From contig CAZXLF010000003.1 of the NCBI GenBank assembly GCA_964642015.1, positions 164,204-228,203 of the forward strand: a DNA stretch of 64,000 nucleotides, written 5' to 3'. Below the pieces are notes generated by a model that was given only the letters and a program-made list of their open reading frames with translations, was not told where the DNA came from and did not search any database. Source of the DNA: an uncultured Planctomycetia bacterium (GTDB taxonomy: Bacteria; Omnitrophota; Gorgyraeia; 2-02-FULL-51-18). Shown in pieces: positions 1 to 10,066 of this stretch. A program made the translations under genes and the position numbers. Position 1 is the first letter of the stretch. Every line of letters begins with the position of its first letter.

Positions 1-2
1 AA

Positions 3-1781
3 ATGAAAAATCGGATAGAAATCCTATTAAAATCTCAGGCCAAAGGGCTCTGGTGCGGGACATTCCATCACATTGGAAACCGTGTGCTCCGCATGTACGC
101 AGGGCGAATGGGGCTGAGCCAAGATTTCGCGATCCTGGACGACGAAGACAGCCGTGATCTCGTTAAAGCTTGCACCAAATCTATAGGCATGAAACCAATT
201 GATAACCGCCTCCCTAAACCCGGTGTCATCCAATCGATCTTGAGTTTTTCAGCGAATTCAAAACAGACCATCGCGCAAGTGGTGACCCATAATTACTCGT
301 ATCTTTCGCAATACATCAAAGATTTTGAAAAAACTAAATCATTATATGAGGAAAAAAAGAACAAAACCAATCACCTGGATTATGATGATCTTCTTCTGCG
401 ATGGATCGAGCTTTTAAAGATATCGGAAGAAACAAGAGAACGTCTTACGACACAATTTCGTTATTGTCTCGTCGATGAATATCAGGACACCAACCGCCTA
501 CAGCATGAAGTGATACAAATTCTTTCAAGTCGCCACAAAAATATTCTGGTGGTCGGAGATGATGCGCAGTCGATCTATTCCTTTCGCGGAGCCGAGATCA
601 AAAACATTCTAGAGTTTCCCGAACAATACGAAAACACCAAACTCTTTAAGCTCGAAACCAATTACCGCTCAACACGCTCGATCCTGAACTTGGCCAACGA
701 AAGCATCAAGCATAACGTCCACCAATTCCCCAAAACACTGAAAAGCGTGCAGGGGCCCGGCTCACCGCCGCAATTCGTTAAGGTCCGCGACAGCCGTCAG
801 GAAGCGCGGTTCGTAGTCCAGCGCATTTCTGAGCTAAAAGAATCGGGCATTGAGCTTTCTCAAATAGCGGTCCTTTTCAGAGCGCATTATCAGGCCGCAG
901 AACTTGAAATGGAGCTCGCAAAACAAGGTATTCCTTATATTATCCGGGGAGGGATACGTTTTTTTGAGCAGGCGCATATCAAGGATGTGCTGTCATTCCT
1001 GAAGATCTTGATCAATCCTTTGGATGAACTTTCATGGAATCGGGCATTGACGCTTCAGCCAGGAATAGGGATGGGCTACGCTCAAAAAATATTCCAGCTC
1101 GTGGAGAAAGAATCGGCTGATCTTCAAAAAGTTCTGTCTCCGCGTTTCGGTGAGCATCTGCCATTCAAAGTGAAAGAAGGATTCTTGCGTTTCAAATCGG
1201 TGCTCAAACCCCTCACAAAAGAAGGGCTCCTGGATCATCCTGATACGCTGATCGAAGAGATCTTGGATAAAGGCTATAATAAGCATGTGTTAATGAATTT
1301 CGAGAATGCTAAGGACCGGCTGGAGGACCTTAGAGAACTCGTCAACTTTGCCCATACTTACCCTAATCTCAAAGATTTTCTGGTCGATGTGACGCTCAGG
1401 GAAGGTTTTAAAGGTGAGAGCTTGGTGCAGGGAAGCGAGGGGGAGGAAAATACCGAAGAGCTCATACTATCAACGATCCATCAAGCCAAGGGCCTCGAAT
1501 GGCGCGCCGTATTTGTGATCCGGCTCTCAGAAGGACAATTTCCTCATGCCAAATCTTCTGAGAACGAAGAAGAACTCGAAGAGGAGCGGCGGCTTTTTTA
1601 CGTGGCCTCGACACGAGCTAAAGAAGAACTGGTGCTGACACATCCGATGACGCGCTATGATTATTCTGCGGGAACCGTGATCAGCCGGCCCTCAATTTTT
1701 ATTGCCGAACTTTCCTCGAATGTTTATGATGATGTGGAGGTTGAGGAAAGCGAGCAGGAAGAAACGATCTATCTGGATTAA
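3..1781 (+). CDS. UvrD/PcrA/Rep-family ATP-dependent DNA helicase, C-terminal ~590 aa (5' end cut by window edge)
   Basis: ORF is open at the window start. Superfamily-1 helicase motifs are visible in the translation: LVDEYQDTN, VVGDDAQSIYSFRGA, TNYRSTRSIL, STIHQAKGLEW and YVASTRAKEEL. Confidence 0.85.
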   Translation: MKNRIEILLKSQAKGLWCGTFHHIGNRVLRMYAGRMGLSQDFAILDDEDSRDLVKACTKSIGMKPIDNRLPKPGVIQSILSFSANSKQTIAQVVTHNYSYLSQYIKDFEKTKSLYEEKKNKTNHLDYDDLLLRWIELLKISEETRERLTTQFRYCLVDEYQDTNRLQHEVIQILSSRHKNILVVGDDAQSIYSFRGAEIKNILEFPEQYENTKLFKLETNYRSTRSILNLANESIKHNVHQFPKTLKSVQGPGSPPQFVKVRDSRQEARFVVQRISELKESGIELSQIAVLFRAHYQAAELEMELAKQGIPYIIRGGIRFFEQAHIKDVLSFLKILINPLDELSWNRALTLQPGIGMGYAQKIFQLVEKESADLQKVLSPRFGEHLPFKVKEGFLRFKSVLKPLTKEGLLDHPDTLIEEILDKGYNKHVLMNFENAKDRLEDLRELVNFAHTYPNLKDFLVDVTLREGFKGESLVQGSEGEENTEELILSTIHQAKGLEWRAVFVIRLSEGQFPHAKSSENEEELEEERRLFYVASTRAKEELVLTHPMTRYDYSAGTVISRPSIFIAELSSNVYDDVEVEESEQEETIYLD

Positions 1782-1795
1782 TAATAAATTTGAAA

Positions 1796-3042
1796 TGAAA
1801 AAATACGCATTGCTGACCGTTTTTATAGTCGTTCTGATCGATCTGATGGGTTTTGGCATCGTTCTGCCGCTTCTGCCTTTTTACGCATCAAAGTTCAATG
1901 CCTCCGCGGTCTCCATCGGCCTCCTTTACAGTATCTATTCCTTGGCACAGCTCATCTTTTCTCCAATATGGGGCAGTTTTTCTGACAAAGTAGGACGCCG
2001 TCCGGTGATGCTGCTGAGCACTTTCGGTGCTATGTGCGCTTATCTTTTATTTGCTTTTTCAAATTCGCTGGCCGTACTTTTCTTATCGCGGCTTATTGCA
2101 GGGGTCATGGGAGGGAATATTTCTACGGCGCAAGCTTATGTTGCTGACGTTACGGAGCACAAAGATCGGGCCAAGGGCATGGGAATGATCGGTGCCGCGT
2201 TCGGGATCGGTTTTGTGATTGGGCCGGCGCTTGCCACGTTTCTGATCCATCCGGCATTTCACCGCCTTTTTGATCATATGGGATTCACTTCGCTTTCAAA
2301 CCTGATCGACCAAAATAAATACGCGATCCCAGGGCTTGTGGCGTCCGCTTTCTCGCTATTGAGTTTTATTTTGGTGCTGTTCAAACTGCCCGAAAGTTTG
2401 GACAAAAAACTGCTCAACGACAACGAGCGCGTGATGCGCGCCAGCATTTTCAGTCGAAAATTCTGGAAAGCTCTGACTGAACAAAAAACAACGTCAGGAA
2501 AAAACGTTCTTTTTCTTCTCATGCTTTGCATGCTGCTGCTTTCGTTCGGACAATCCAGTCTTTACAGCGCTTTTCCTCTTTTTTGCAAAAAAATATTCGA
2601 CCTGTCCGCACAAAAAGTCGGTATGCAATTCGTTTATATGGGTTTGACCGCGGTTCTGATCCAGGGCGGGATGATACGGCCGCTTGAAAAAAAGTTCGGT
2701 GAAAAAAAGCTTTTTATAGTTGGCAGTATTTTAATGGTCGCCGGACTTGCGCTGATCCCTTTTGCGGGCTCAACAAAAATAATGACCGCCTACCTATTAT
2801 TAATGACGGTGGGGGCGAGTCTCAACGGCCCGACACTTACCAGTCTGATCTCCAAGCAATCCGACCCATCCAAGATCGGATCGACAATGGGAACATCGCA
2901 GGGTTTTTCCGCCCTCGGACGCGTCATAGGCCCGACGTGGGGAGGGGCGTTATTCGGGATCTCTTATAAATTTCCTTTTATTTTTACCGCCGCGCTTATC
3001 TTGATCACGATCTTTGTCGGCGCTGGCCTTGAAAATCAATGA
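1796..3042 (+). CDS. MFS transporter (drug/H+ antiporter-like)
   Basis: About 12 hydrophobic helices and the MFS loop signature SDKVGRRPVMLLS. I prefer the ATG at 1796 (MKKYALLTVF) over the ORF-track start at 1702, which overlaps the helicase by 80 bp. Stop overlaps the next start (ATGA). Confidence 0.8.
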
Positions 3043-3902
3043 CCTCGTCCGAACCCGCGCCTAATTCCGGAAGAAAATTATTTTTTGGGCTTTTTATATT
3101 TCCGCTTCTGATCGCTGTGGGTATGGCTATTCTTCTTTGTTCAGTCGTTCTTTTGACAACTGAAAAAGAGACGCCCGAATCTCTCATCATGGCCATCAAA
3201 ACCGGCGCCTCGGGCAAACGCTGGCAAAAGGCATTTGAGCTTTCCAACGAACTCAATAAAAACTCAGCAGGAATAGGGAAAGAGTCTGTGCTGAAAGAAA
3301 TCATCCACATCTTCCAAGACCCGACGCATTATGATCCCAAAACACGGGCCTATATGGCTATCGCGCTCAGTCATTTTAATGATCCACGATCGATCGAGGC
3401 GCTGACACAATCGTTAAAAAACAACGATGCCGAAACACAGATCTATATTTTATGGGCACTCGGATCGCTGAAGGCTAAGACCGCTGTCGATGATTGCGCA
3501 ACTTTTCTTAAAAATGATAATCCCGAACTCAGAAAGGTCAGCGCTTACGTACTTGGCGTGATCGGTGATAAAAAAACAATTGATCCGTTAAGATCTCTTT
3601 TAAACGATCCGATTTCGGATGTGAGATGGAATGCAGCGTTAAGCCTCGCGCGGCTCGGTGACGACTCAGGATCAGACGCGATCGTCAAAATGCTTGATCG
3701 AAAATCCTTGTCGCAAGAAAATAACTTGACGGACGACCAGGTCGAAACCATCATGATCAACGCCGTGAAAGGATTAACCTTGATTGCGAAGCCGGATTCT
3801 ATTAAAATCCTACAAGAACTTTCGCGGAATGATAAGAGTTTGAAGGTAAGACAAGCAGCGATTCAATCTTTGGAAATATTAAATAGAAAGTCGAGTCAAT
3901 GA
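3039..3902 (+). CDS. Membrane-anchored HEAT-repeat (PBS-lyase-like) protein
   Basis: N-terminal TM helix, then repeated about 30-aa HEAT-like units (NDPRSIEALTQSLKNNDAETQIYILWALGSL; NDNPELRKVSAYVLGVIGDKKTIDPLRSLLNDPISDVRWNAALSLARLGD). ATGA start/stop coupling to both neighbours. Confidence 0.7.
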   Translation: MTSSEPAPNSGRKLFFGLFIFPLLIAVGMAILLCSVVLLTTEKETPESLIMAIKTGASGKRWQKAFELSNELNKNSAGIGKESVLKEIIHIFQDPTHYDPKTRAYMAIALSHFNDPRSIEALTQSLKNNDAETQIYILWALGSLKAKTAVDDCATFLKNDNPELRKVSAYVLGVIGDKKTIDPLRSLLNDPISDVRWNAALSLARLGDDSGSDAIVKMLDRKSLSQENNLTDDQVETIMINAVKGLTLIAKPDSIKILQELSRNDKSLKVRQAAIQSLEILNRKSSQ

Positions 3903-4492
3903 GCGATATTCCACCCGTCAATAACCAACCAGCGGCCAGTCCCGCACCTGCAGCTGCCCCTTCAGCAGCAAAACCTATTGCTTCCGTGATCCAAGGCGGT
4001 CAGGAAAAAATAGACAGACGCACATTTCTTTCATGGTTTGGATTGGCGTGGGTGAGTTTTGCGGCGGCGACCGGCGGTGCACTGTCGATCGTGCTGCGTT
4101 ATCTTTTTCCCAACGTTGTTTTTGAACCGCCCACATCTTTTAAAGCGGGATTTCCGGCGGATTATGAGATCGGAAAAGTGGACGAGCGCTGGAAAGAAAA
4201 ATTCGGCGTCTGGCTTGTTAAAACCGCCGAAGGTATGTATGCGCTTTCAACGACCTGCACGCACCTGGGGTGCACTCCCAACTGGCTAAGCGGCGAAAAT
4301 AAATTCAAATGCCCATGTCACGGCAGCGGATTTTATAAGACCGGCATCAATTTTGAAGGTCCGGCACCAAGACCGCTTGAGCGTTACCGTATCAGCCTTG
4401 CAGAAGACGGACAAATAATGATCGATAAAAGTAAAAAATTTCAACAGGAAAAAGGGGAGTGGAACAACCCCGAATCCTTTCTGAGCTTATAG
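3899..4492 (+). CDS. Rieske [2Fe-2S] iron-sulfur protein of a cytochrome bc-type complex (Tat-exported)
   Basis: Twin-arginine motif (DRRTFLSW), a TM anchor, and the Rieske boxes CTHLGC ... CPCHGS. Confidence 0.85.
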   Translation: MSDIPPVNNQPAASPAPAAAPSAAKPIASVIQGGQEKIDRRTFLSWFGLAWVSFAAATGGALSIVLRYLFPNVVFEPPTSFKAGFPADYEIGKVDERWKEKFGVWLVKTAEGMYALSTTCTHLGCTPNWLSGENKFKCPCHGSGFYKTGINFEGPAPRPLERYRISLAEDGQIMIDKSKKFQQEKGEWNNPESFLSL

Positions 4493-4508
4493 GAGAGAAT
4501 GAATATCG

Positions 4509-5309
4509 ATGCCGGAAACTGAGCCAAAGAAAAAATTCGATCTCGGAAAATATATCACGGAGTCCCAGATCTATAAATCCATGTTCCGTCATGGATATTC
4601 CACTTCAGACCGCGACCGCGCATTGTCCGTGATGACGAACGTGTTTTTTCATCTGCATCCGGTCAAAGTGAGAAAATCGGGTGCGCGATTCGGGTTCACC
4701 TGGTGCGCCGGCGGTTTATCCTTCTTTGTTTTTTTGACGTTGGTTGTCAGCGGAATTCTTTTGATGTTTTATTACCGACCGACCGTTGAATACGCTTATA
4801 ACGATATTATCGCATTAAGAGAGCATGTGCCGTTCGGAATCATGAGAGAACTCCACCGTTGGGGAGCGCACGCGATGATCATCACGGTTTGGCTTCATAT
4901 GTTCCGTGTGTTCATGACCGGCTCTTATAAACCTCCGCGTGAATTCAACTGGGTGATCGGCGTGATCCTTTTGGTTTTAACCATGCTTCTAAGTTTTACA
5001 GGTTACCTCTTGCCATGGGATCAGTTGGCGATGTGGGCGATCACTGTCGGGAGCAATATGGCCCGCGCAACGCCGTTTTTGGGGCACGAAGGTCCAGGAG
5101 CCGCACTCTTGTCGCTGGGTGATATTCAATTAGTCACCTCGGGAAGCGATGTCCGTTTTGCTCTATTAGGAGGAAGATTCGTGGGCGCCGGGGCATTATT
5201 GAGGTTTTATATTTTACATTGCGTCGCAATTCCCACAGTAGTGGTTGTTTTGATGTCGATACATTTTTGGCGTATCCGGAAAGACGGCGGAATTAGCGGC
5301 CCGTTATAA
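4509..5309 (+). CDS. Cytochrome b, N-terminal (b6-like) half
   Basis: Paired His ligands in helix B (HRWGAHAMI ... VWLHMFRV) and helix D (YILHC ... MSIHFWRI), and the LPWDQ motif. Length is about 266 aa, as in split b6-type cytochromes. Confidence 0.85.
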   Translation: MPETEPKKKFDLGKYITESQIYKSMFRHGYSTSDRDRALSVMTNVFFHLHPVKVRKSGARFGFTWCAGGLSFFVFLTLVVSGILLMFYYRPTVEYAYNDIIALREHVPFGIMRELHRWGAHAMIITVWLHMFRVFMTGSYKPPREFNWVIGVILLVLTMLLSFTGYLLPWDQLAMWAITVGSNMARATPFLGHEGPGAALLSLGDIQLVTSGSDVRFALLGGRFVGAGALLRFYILHCVAIPTVVVVLMSIHFWRIRKDGGISGPL

Positions 5310-5312
5310 TCA

Positions 5313-6395
5313 ATGATCGAAGCGTTCAAACAATTCGTTAATTCCATCTCATCGCCGGTCACTATCTTCACATCGGCGGCCATCATCTTTTTTCTTTTTG
5401 TCACATTTCCCAGACAAGCCACATCCAAAGGAGTAAGCCTGCTCTTATTGGCGCTCGTGCTTGGGTTCATTGGCATAGGCCTTACCGATGAGCATTTCCG
5501 TAATATCATCAGTACACCGGACAACGTCCCCATCGTCGGACTTATCTTCATCTTTGGTTACTTCACTTGGTATGCAATGAAAAAAGCGGTGGAGAATGAC
5601 AAGCGCATTGAAAAAGGCGAACCGACCGTAGAGCAGGTCGAGACTAATGATAAAGTATTGGTGTTTCCTTACTTGATATTCATTGAATTCGTGATCGCTC
5701 TGGCTTATGCGGTCGCGCTGGTTTTGTGGTCAATATTTTTAAAAGCACCCCTTGAAGAACCGGCCAACCCGACCGTTTCTCCCAACCCGAGCAAAGCGCC
5801 GTGGTATTTCCTTGGTCTTCAGGAAATGCTGGTTTATTTTGATCCATGGATTGCGGGCGTACTTTTACCAACCTTCATTATATTAGGGTTGTGCGCGATC
5901 CCTTATATTGATCGAGACCCATCGACGTCGGGTTATTATTCGTTCAAAGGCCGGAAAGGTGTCATTACAACGTATTTATTTGGATTCTGGATACTGTGGA
6001 TCCTCTTGATCATCATGGGCACATTCTTAAGAGGTCCCAACTGGAACTTTTTTGGGCCTTTTGAGGTCTGGGATGTACACAAAGTCGTGCCTTTGGTGAA
6101 CGTGAATCTGTCAGAAATCATTTTCATCAAATGGCTGGGCATGGGCTTGCCTAAACAGTGGTTCATTCGCGAAGCGCCAGGAATTATCCTTGTAGGAGCA
6201 TATCTGGTCATCCCGCAATTCATCGCGGCCAAAACGATATTTAAGGATCTCTATAAAAAAACGGGCCCGGCGCGTTATAGCGTGTTGGCGCTTTTACTTC
6301 TGATGATGCTAGCGCTTCCAATAAAAATGTACCTGCGTTGGGCATTCAATTTAAAATACCTCGTGGCCATTCCCGAATTTTTCTTTAATATCTGA
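5313..6395 (+). CDS. Cytochrome b C-terminal half / subunit IV-like protein with N-terminal extension
   Basis: PEWY-equivalent motif (SKAPWYFLGLQEMLVYF) followed by several TM helices. Start lies 4 nt after the cytochrome b N-half stop. Confidence 0.75.
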   Translation: MIEAFKQFVNSISSPVTIFTSAAIIFFLFVTFPRQATSKGVSLLLLALVLGFIGIGLTDEHFRNIISTPDNVPIVGLIFIFGYFTWYAMKKAVENDKRIEKGEPTVEQVETNDKVLVFPYLIFIEFVIALAYAVALVLWSIFLKAPLEEPANPTVSPNPSKAPWYFLGLQEMLVYFDPWIAGVLLPTFIILGLCAIPYIDRDPSTSGYYSFKGRKGVITTYLFGFWILWILLIIMGTFLRGPNWNFFGPFEVWDVHKVVPLVNVNLSEIIFIKWLGMGLPKQWFIREAPGIILVGAYLVIPQFIAAKTIFKDLYKKTGPARYSVLALLLLMMLALPIKMYLRWAFNLKYLVAIPEFFFNI

Positions 6396-6398
6396 TCC

Positions 6399-9254
6399 AT
6401 GGCAAAGAAAAATCCCTCCCTTTACAGCGTTTCCAAGACCTTTGTCTGGTTCGCGATCGTAAGCATCATCCTGACGGGAAGTCTTGCGGCTGTTGTGATG
6501 CTGGATTACGAAAGAGATTGGAAGAATTGGCAAAAAAAATTCATTGCGCTCAAGACCCAAAAAACCAAGGAGGATCTGAAGCAAGCAGATCAAAACATCG
6601 ACAAACAAAAATTAGAGGATCTGAAGAAACAATATTCCGAAGCGGATACTGCGGTAAAAGCGCATCATGCGGAATATCAAAAATTACAAAGCCAGATCGA
6701 ATCTTTAAATACCAAAGCCGTCAAGGTCCGCTCGCAATATCAAAACCTGAAACAGTTTCAAGACTCTTATAAATATTTCTTTGAGGAATACTCCGATCAT
6801 AAAGACAAGCGCGCAGCTGACTACCGTAAAAAACTGGATGAAATAGATCCGAAGGTGGCCCAAGCAAAACTGGACCTCGATGCCGCTGAGAAAGAAAAGG
6901 AAACCGCGGAGGCGCGGTCCCAGGAATTCCTCTCGAAAGAGAAAGCGCTCCAAAAAGATATCGATAAGATCCTTGATGAAAAAAACCGCCTTGAGAAAAA
7001 ACTAGCTAAATTAAAACCGAGTGTTGTGACCGACATTTTGAACGCACCGATGCTCGATTTTATCGCGCCGACCCTTAAGATCCAGCAGGTAGTGCTTGAA
7101 GATATTCAGGACGACTACCATTTTGCGAAAGTTCCCAAGGTGGACCGTTGCACGACATGCCATTTGGGTATCGATCAAAAAGGCTACGAGAATGCTCCGC
7201 AGCCCTTTCGCACGCATCCCAAACTGGATCTTTATTTAGCGTCGAGTTCTCCGCATCCAGTCGAAAAATTCGGCTGCACGGTTTGCCATGACGGCAGCGG
7301 GCATTCCGTAGACTTTACGGATTCAGCCCATACGCCACGTGACCAGAAGCAGGCCGAGGAGTGGCAAAAAAAATACCGTTGGCACCCGCTTGAAAAATGG
7401 GACCACAAAATGCTTCCTTTGAATCACGTCGAAGCCTCCTGTACAAAATGCCATATGGCCGTCGTTGAGATCCCGCAAGCTGAAAAACTGAACCGCGGCC
7501 GCAAACTTGCTGAAACTTATGGGTGTTTCAATTGCCACAAAATCAGCGGCTTTGAAAACCGCTGGAAGGTCGGTCCCAGCCTGGAAAACGTTGGCAGCAA
7601 ACTAAACGAAGATTGGATCGTCCGTTGGGTCTCGGACCCGCAAAGTTTCAGGCCGTCAACGAAAATGCCCAAGATCTTCAACCTTTCAAACACTTCATCA
7701 CCTGAAGACAAGGATCGAAATGACGCGGCTATAAAAGGTATCGCTGCTTATCTGATGAAAAATTCTGGAACGGCCGATCTTTTAACTCTGCCGAAAGAGG
7801 GTAATGCAGAGCGCGGTGAAAAAGTGATCAAGGAAATAGGGTGCACAGGCTGTCATACCGTCGCTGGCATTAGTGCCAATAATTTCGGCCCTGAGCTTTC
7901 CGGCCTCGGTAGTAAAGTAAAAAAAGAGTGGCTCTATACGTGGATCAAGGATCCAAAACATTTCTCTAAGGATACAAGGATGCCGAATCTGCGTGTCAGT
8001 GACGAAGATGCCGCGGATATTGTGAGTTTCCTGATGAGCCAAAAGAATACGGATTTTGAAGCCAAGCCGCTTCCGGAGGCAAAACCGGCCGTTGTCGATG
8101 AAATGTTGTTGAGTTCTATGCAAGGAACCATGAGACGCTCGGAAGCCGAGGCAGAATTGGCCAAGATGGGTCCGCAGGAAAGATTGGAGCTTCTTGGCAA
8201 AAAATCTATCGCATACCAAGGCTGTTTTACATGTCACGCCATTAAAGGTTTTGAGGACGCTAAGCCGATCGGTGCCGAACTTACAAACGAAGGACAAAAA
8301 GACATTCATCAATTCGATTTCGGATTTGCGGAGATCGAGCATACCCGTCAAGGGTTCATTGCGCAAAAATTGAAGGAGCCCCGCATTTTCGATAACGGCA
8401 AAGTAAAAGCTTACTACGAAAAACTTCGTATGCCTCAATTCCATTTCACCGATCAAGAGATCGATGATTTGACAACTTTTGTATTAAGTCTTTCGGAATC
8501 ACATATGCCCCTTGAGATGCAAAAACGTCTCGATTCGAAGGATGTCCGTATCGAGAAAGGGCGCCTACTGGTCTCGAAATTGAATTGCAACGGATGCCAT
8601 GAATTAGACGGCAAGAAAGGGGCGCTCAGGGAATTAGCGGATGATAAAGGTTCCGCTCCACCGATCCTTGATGGGGAAGGGGCAAAAGTACGTCAGGAGT
8701 GGTTATATCACTTCTTGAAGAATCCTACCACTATCAGACCGTGGCTTAAGTATCACATGCCCACATTTAATCTTTCTGATGAAGATGTGACAGCGCTCGT
8801 CGAGTATTTCTCTGAACTAGCCAAGCAAGAGGCTACATTCAGGGATCAAGAGCTGCCTGAGACGAGCACTGAAAAATTAGCGGTCGGAAAAGTATTATTT
8901 GATAAATTTCAGTGCACAAAGTGTCATCAAGTCAACAAGGAAAGTGCCGCCATGGGCACTTCGTTTCTCGCTCCTGACCTGACAATGGCTAAACAACGGC
9001 TAAAACCTCACTGGGTCAAGGAATGGCTCAGCGATCCTCAAAAGCTTCAAGAGGGAACAATGATGCCTACGTTCTTTGCCGACGGCCAAACACCTGTCAC
9101 AGATGTCCTGGGAGGGGATGCCAACCAACAGATCGAGGCGATCCGCGACTACCTGTATACCTACGGAACAACCGCCTCTCCTTCCGCGCCAACTCCAGCC
9201 TCCGAAAGCAAGCCCAAAGAGGATAAGGATACCAAAAATACTATTGCCAAATAG
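6399..9254 (+). CDS. Membrane-anchored octaheme c-type cytochrome with coiled-coil stalk
   Basis: Eight CxxCH motifs: CTTCH, CTVCH, CTKCH, CFNCH, CTGCH, CFTCH, CNGCH and CTKCH. An N-terminal TM helix is followed by about 200 aa of K/E-rich heptad-like sequence. The last five hemes sit in repeated modules ending in an MP(T/K/N/Q)F Met-ligand motif. Confidence 0.85.
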   Translation: MAKKNPSLYSVSKTFVWFAIVSIILTGSLAAVVMLDYERDWKNWQKKFIALKTQKTKEDLKQADQNIDKQKLEDLKKQYSEADTAVKAHHAEYQKLQSQIESLNTKAVKVRSQYQNLKQFQDSYKYFFEEYSDHKDKRAADYRKKLDEIDPKVAQAKLDLDAAEKEKETAEARSQEFLSKEKALQKDIDKILDEKNRLEKKLAKLKPSVVTDILNAPMLDFIAPTLKIQQVVLEDIQDDYHFAKVPKVDRCTTCHLGIDQKGYENAPQPFRTHPKLDLYLASSSPHPVEKFGCTVCHDGSGHSVDFTDSAHTPRDQKQAEEWQKKYRWHPLEKWDHKMLPLNHVEASCTKCHMAVVEIPQAEKLNRGRKLAETYGCFNCHKISGFENRWKVGPSLENVGSKLNEDWIVRWVSDPQSFRPSTKMPKIFNLSNTSSPEDKDRNDAAIKGIAAYLMKNSGTADLLTLPKEGNAERGEKVIKEIGCTGCHTVAGISANNFGPELSGLGSKVKKEWLYTWIKDPKHFSKDTRMPNLRVSDEDAADIVSFLMSQKNTDFEAKPLPEAKPAVVDEMLLSSMQGTMRRSEAEAELAKMGPQERLELLGKKSIAYQGCFTCHAIKGFEDAKPIGAELTNEGQKDIHQFDFGFAEIEHTRQGFIAQKLKEPRIFDNGKVKAYYEKLRMPQFHFTDQEIDDLTTFVLSLSESHMPLEMQKRLDSKDVRIEKGRLLVSKLNCNGCHELDGKKGALRELADDKGSAPPILDGEGAKVRQEWLYHFLKNPTTIRPWLKYHMPTFNLSDEDVTALVEYFSELAKQEATFRDQELPETSTEKLAVGKVLFDKFQCTKCHQVNKESAAMGTSFLAPDLTMAKQRLKPHWVKEWLSDPQKLQEGTMMPTFFADGQTPVTDVLGGDANQQIEAIRDYLYTYGTTASPSAPTPASESKPKEDKDTKNTIAK

Positions 9255-9358
9255 GTAGTTGCCCGCTATAATCATTACTTAAATTTTTGGGCTTTATTTT
9301 TTCACATATTAATTAAAATCTTTTCCGAACTTTTAGAAATATCAACCAGGAGACTTTT

Positions 9359-10066
9359 ATGAAACTCAAACAAAACGTAATGATATTTGCTATTGCATGC
9401 TTTATTATCGCGGGGTCTGCAGTCAATTCTCAGGCCGCGATCCTAACAATCAAAGCGCCTTTTACCGGCCAGGCACCTGTCGCCGAAAAGATCAAGACCG
9501 ACGCCGATCCCAAGTGCAAAATGGTCCACCCGGATGGGATCACTCCGGACGACGTGATCGTTAATTCCAACGGAACCTTGAAAAATGTATTCGTATACGT
9601 CAAAGACGGTTTGGCAGGCAAAACATTCGAAGCGCCGAAAACACCGGTTACATTCGATCAAAACGGTTGCCAATATAATCCAAAAGTATTTGGCATCCAA
9701 GTCAACCAGCCGCTTGAAATCGTCAACAGCGACGATACGCTGCACAATGTTCACGCGCTTCCGAACAACAGTCCCCAATTCAACCTCGGAATGCCCATCA
9801 AAGGGATGAAAATGAAAAAATCCTTCACGAAACCTGAGGTTATGGTCAAGATCAAATGCGAAGTCCATCCATGGATGAGAGCGTATGCAGGCGTCGTCGA
9901 CAATCCTTTCTACGGCGTTACCGGTGATGACGGTTTGGCTCAGATCAAAGATCTGCCTCCGGGAGAATACACGATCGAAGCGTGGCACGAAAAATACGGC
10001 ACCCAGACACAAAAAGTCACCGTGACCGATAAAGACCAGGAAATTTCTTTCGCGTTCAAGAGCTAA
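9359..10066 (+). CDS. Secreted cupredoxin-like (type-1 blue copper) protein with C-terminal carboxypeptidase-regulatory-like beta-sandwich domain
   Basis: Signal peptide. An HN motif (TLHNVHAL) lies 39 residues upstream of C-x2-H-x2-M (KCEVHPWM), which matches the amicyanin/pseudoazurin ligand spacing. The C-terminal GDDGLAQIKDLPPGEYTIEAWHEKYG looks like a CarboxypepD_reg fold. RBS AGGAGA lies upstream of the ATG. Confidence 0.55.
   Translation: MKLKQNVMIFAIACFIIAGSAVNSQAAILTIKAPFTGQAPVAEKIKTDADPKCKMVHPDGITPDDVIVNSNGTLKNVFVYVKDGLAGKTFEAPKTPVTFDQNGCQYNPKVFGIQVNQPLEIVNSDDTLHNVHALPNNSPQFNLGMPIKGMKMKKSFTKPEVMVKIKCEVHPWMRAYAGVVDNPFYGVTGDDGLAQIKDLPPGEYTIEAWHEKYGTQTQKVTVTDKDQEISFAFKS

Noticed and set aside
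1702-1795. ORF-track start of the MFS transporter at 1702, overlapping the helicase by 80 bp.
   Set aside because: The first 30 residues (MPNFPRMFMMMWRLRKASRKKRS ...) are the helicase C-terminus read in another frame and look non-native. The ATG at 1796 (MKKYALLTVF) gives a normal MFS N-terminus.
7782-8456. 224-aa antisense ORF inside the octaheme cytochrome gene.
   Set aside because: It lies wholly within a well-supported heme-motif-bearing CDS on the opposite strand and has no recognisable motifs. It is a typical shadow ORF.
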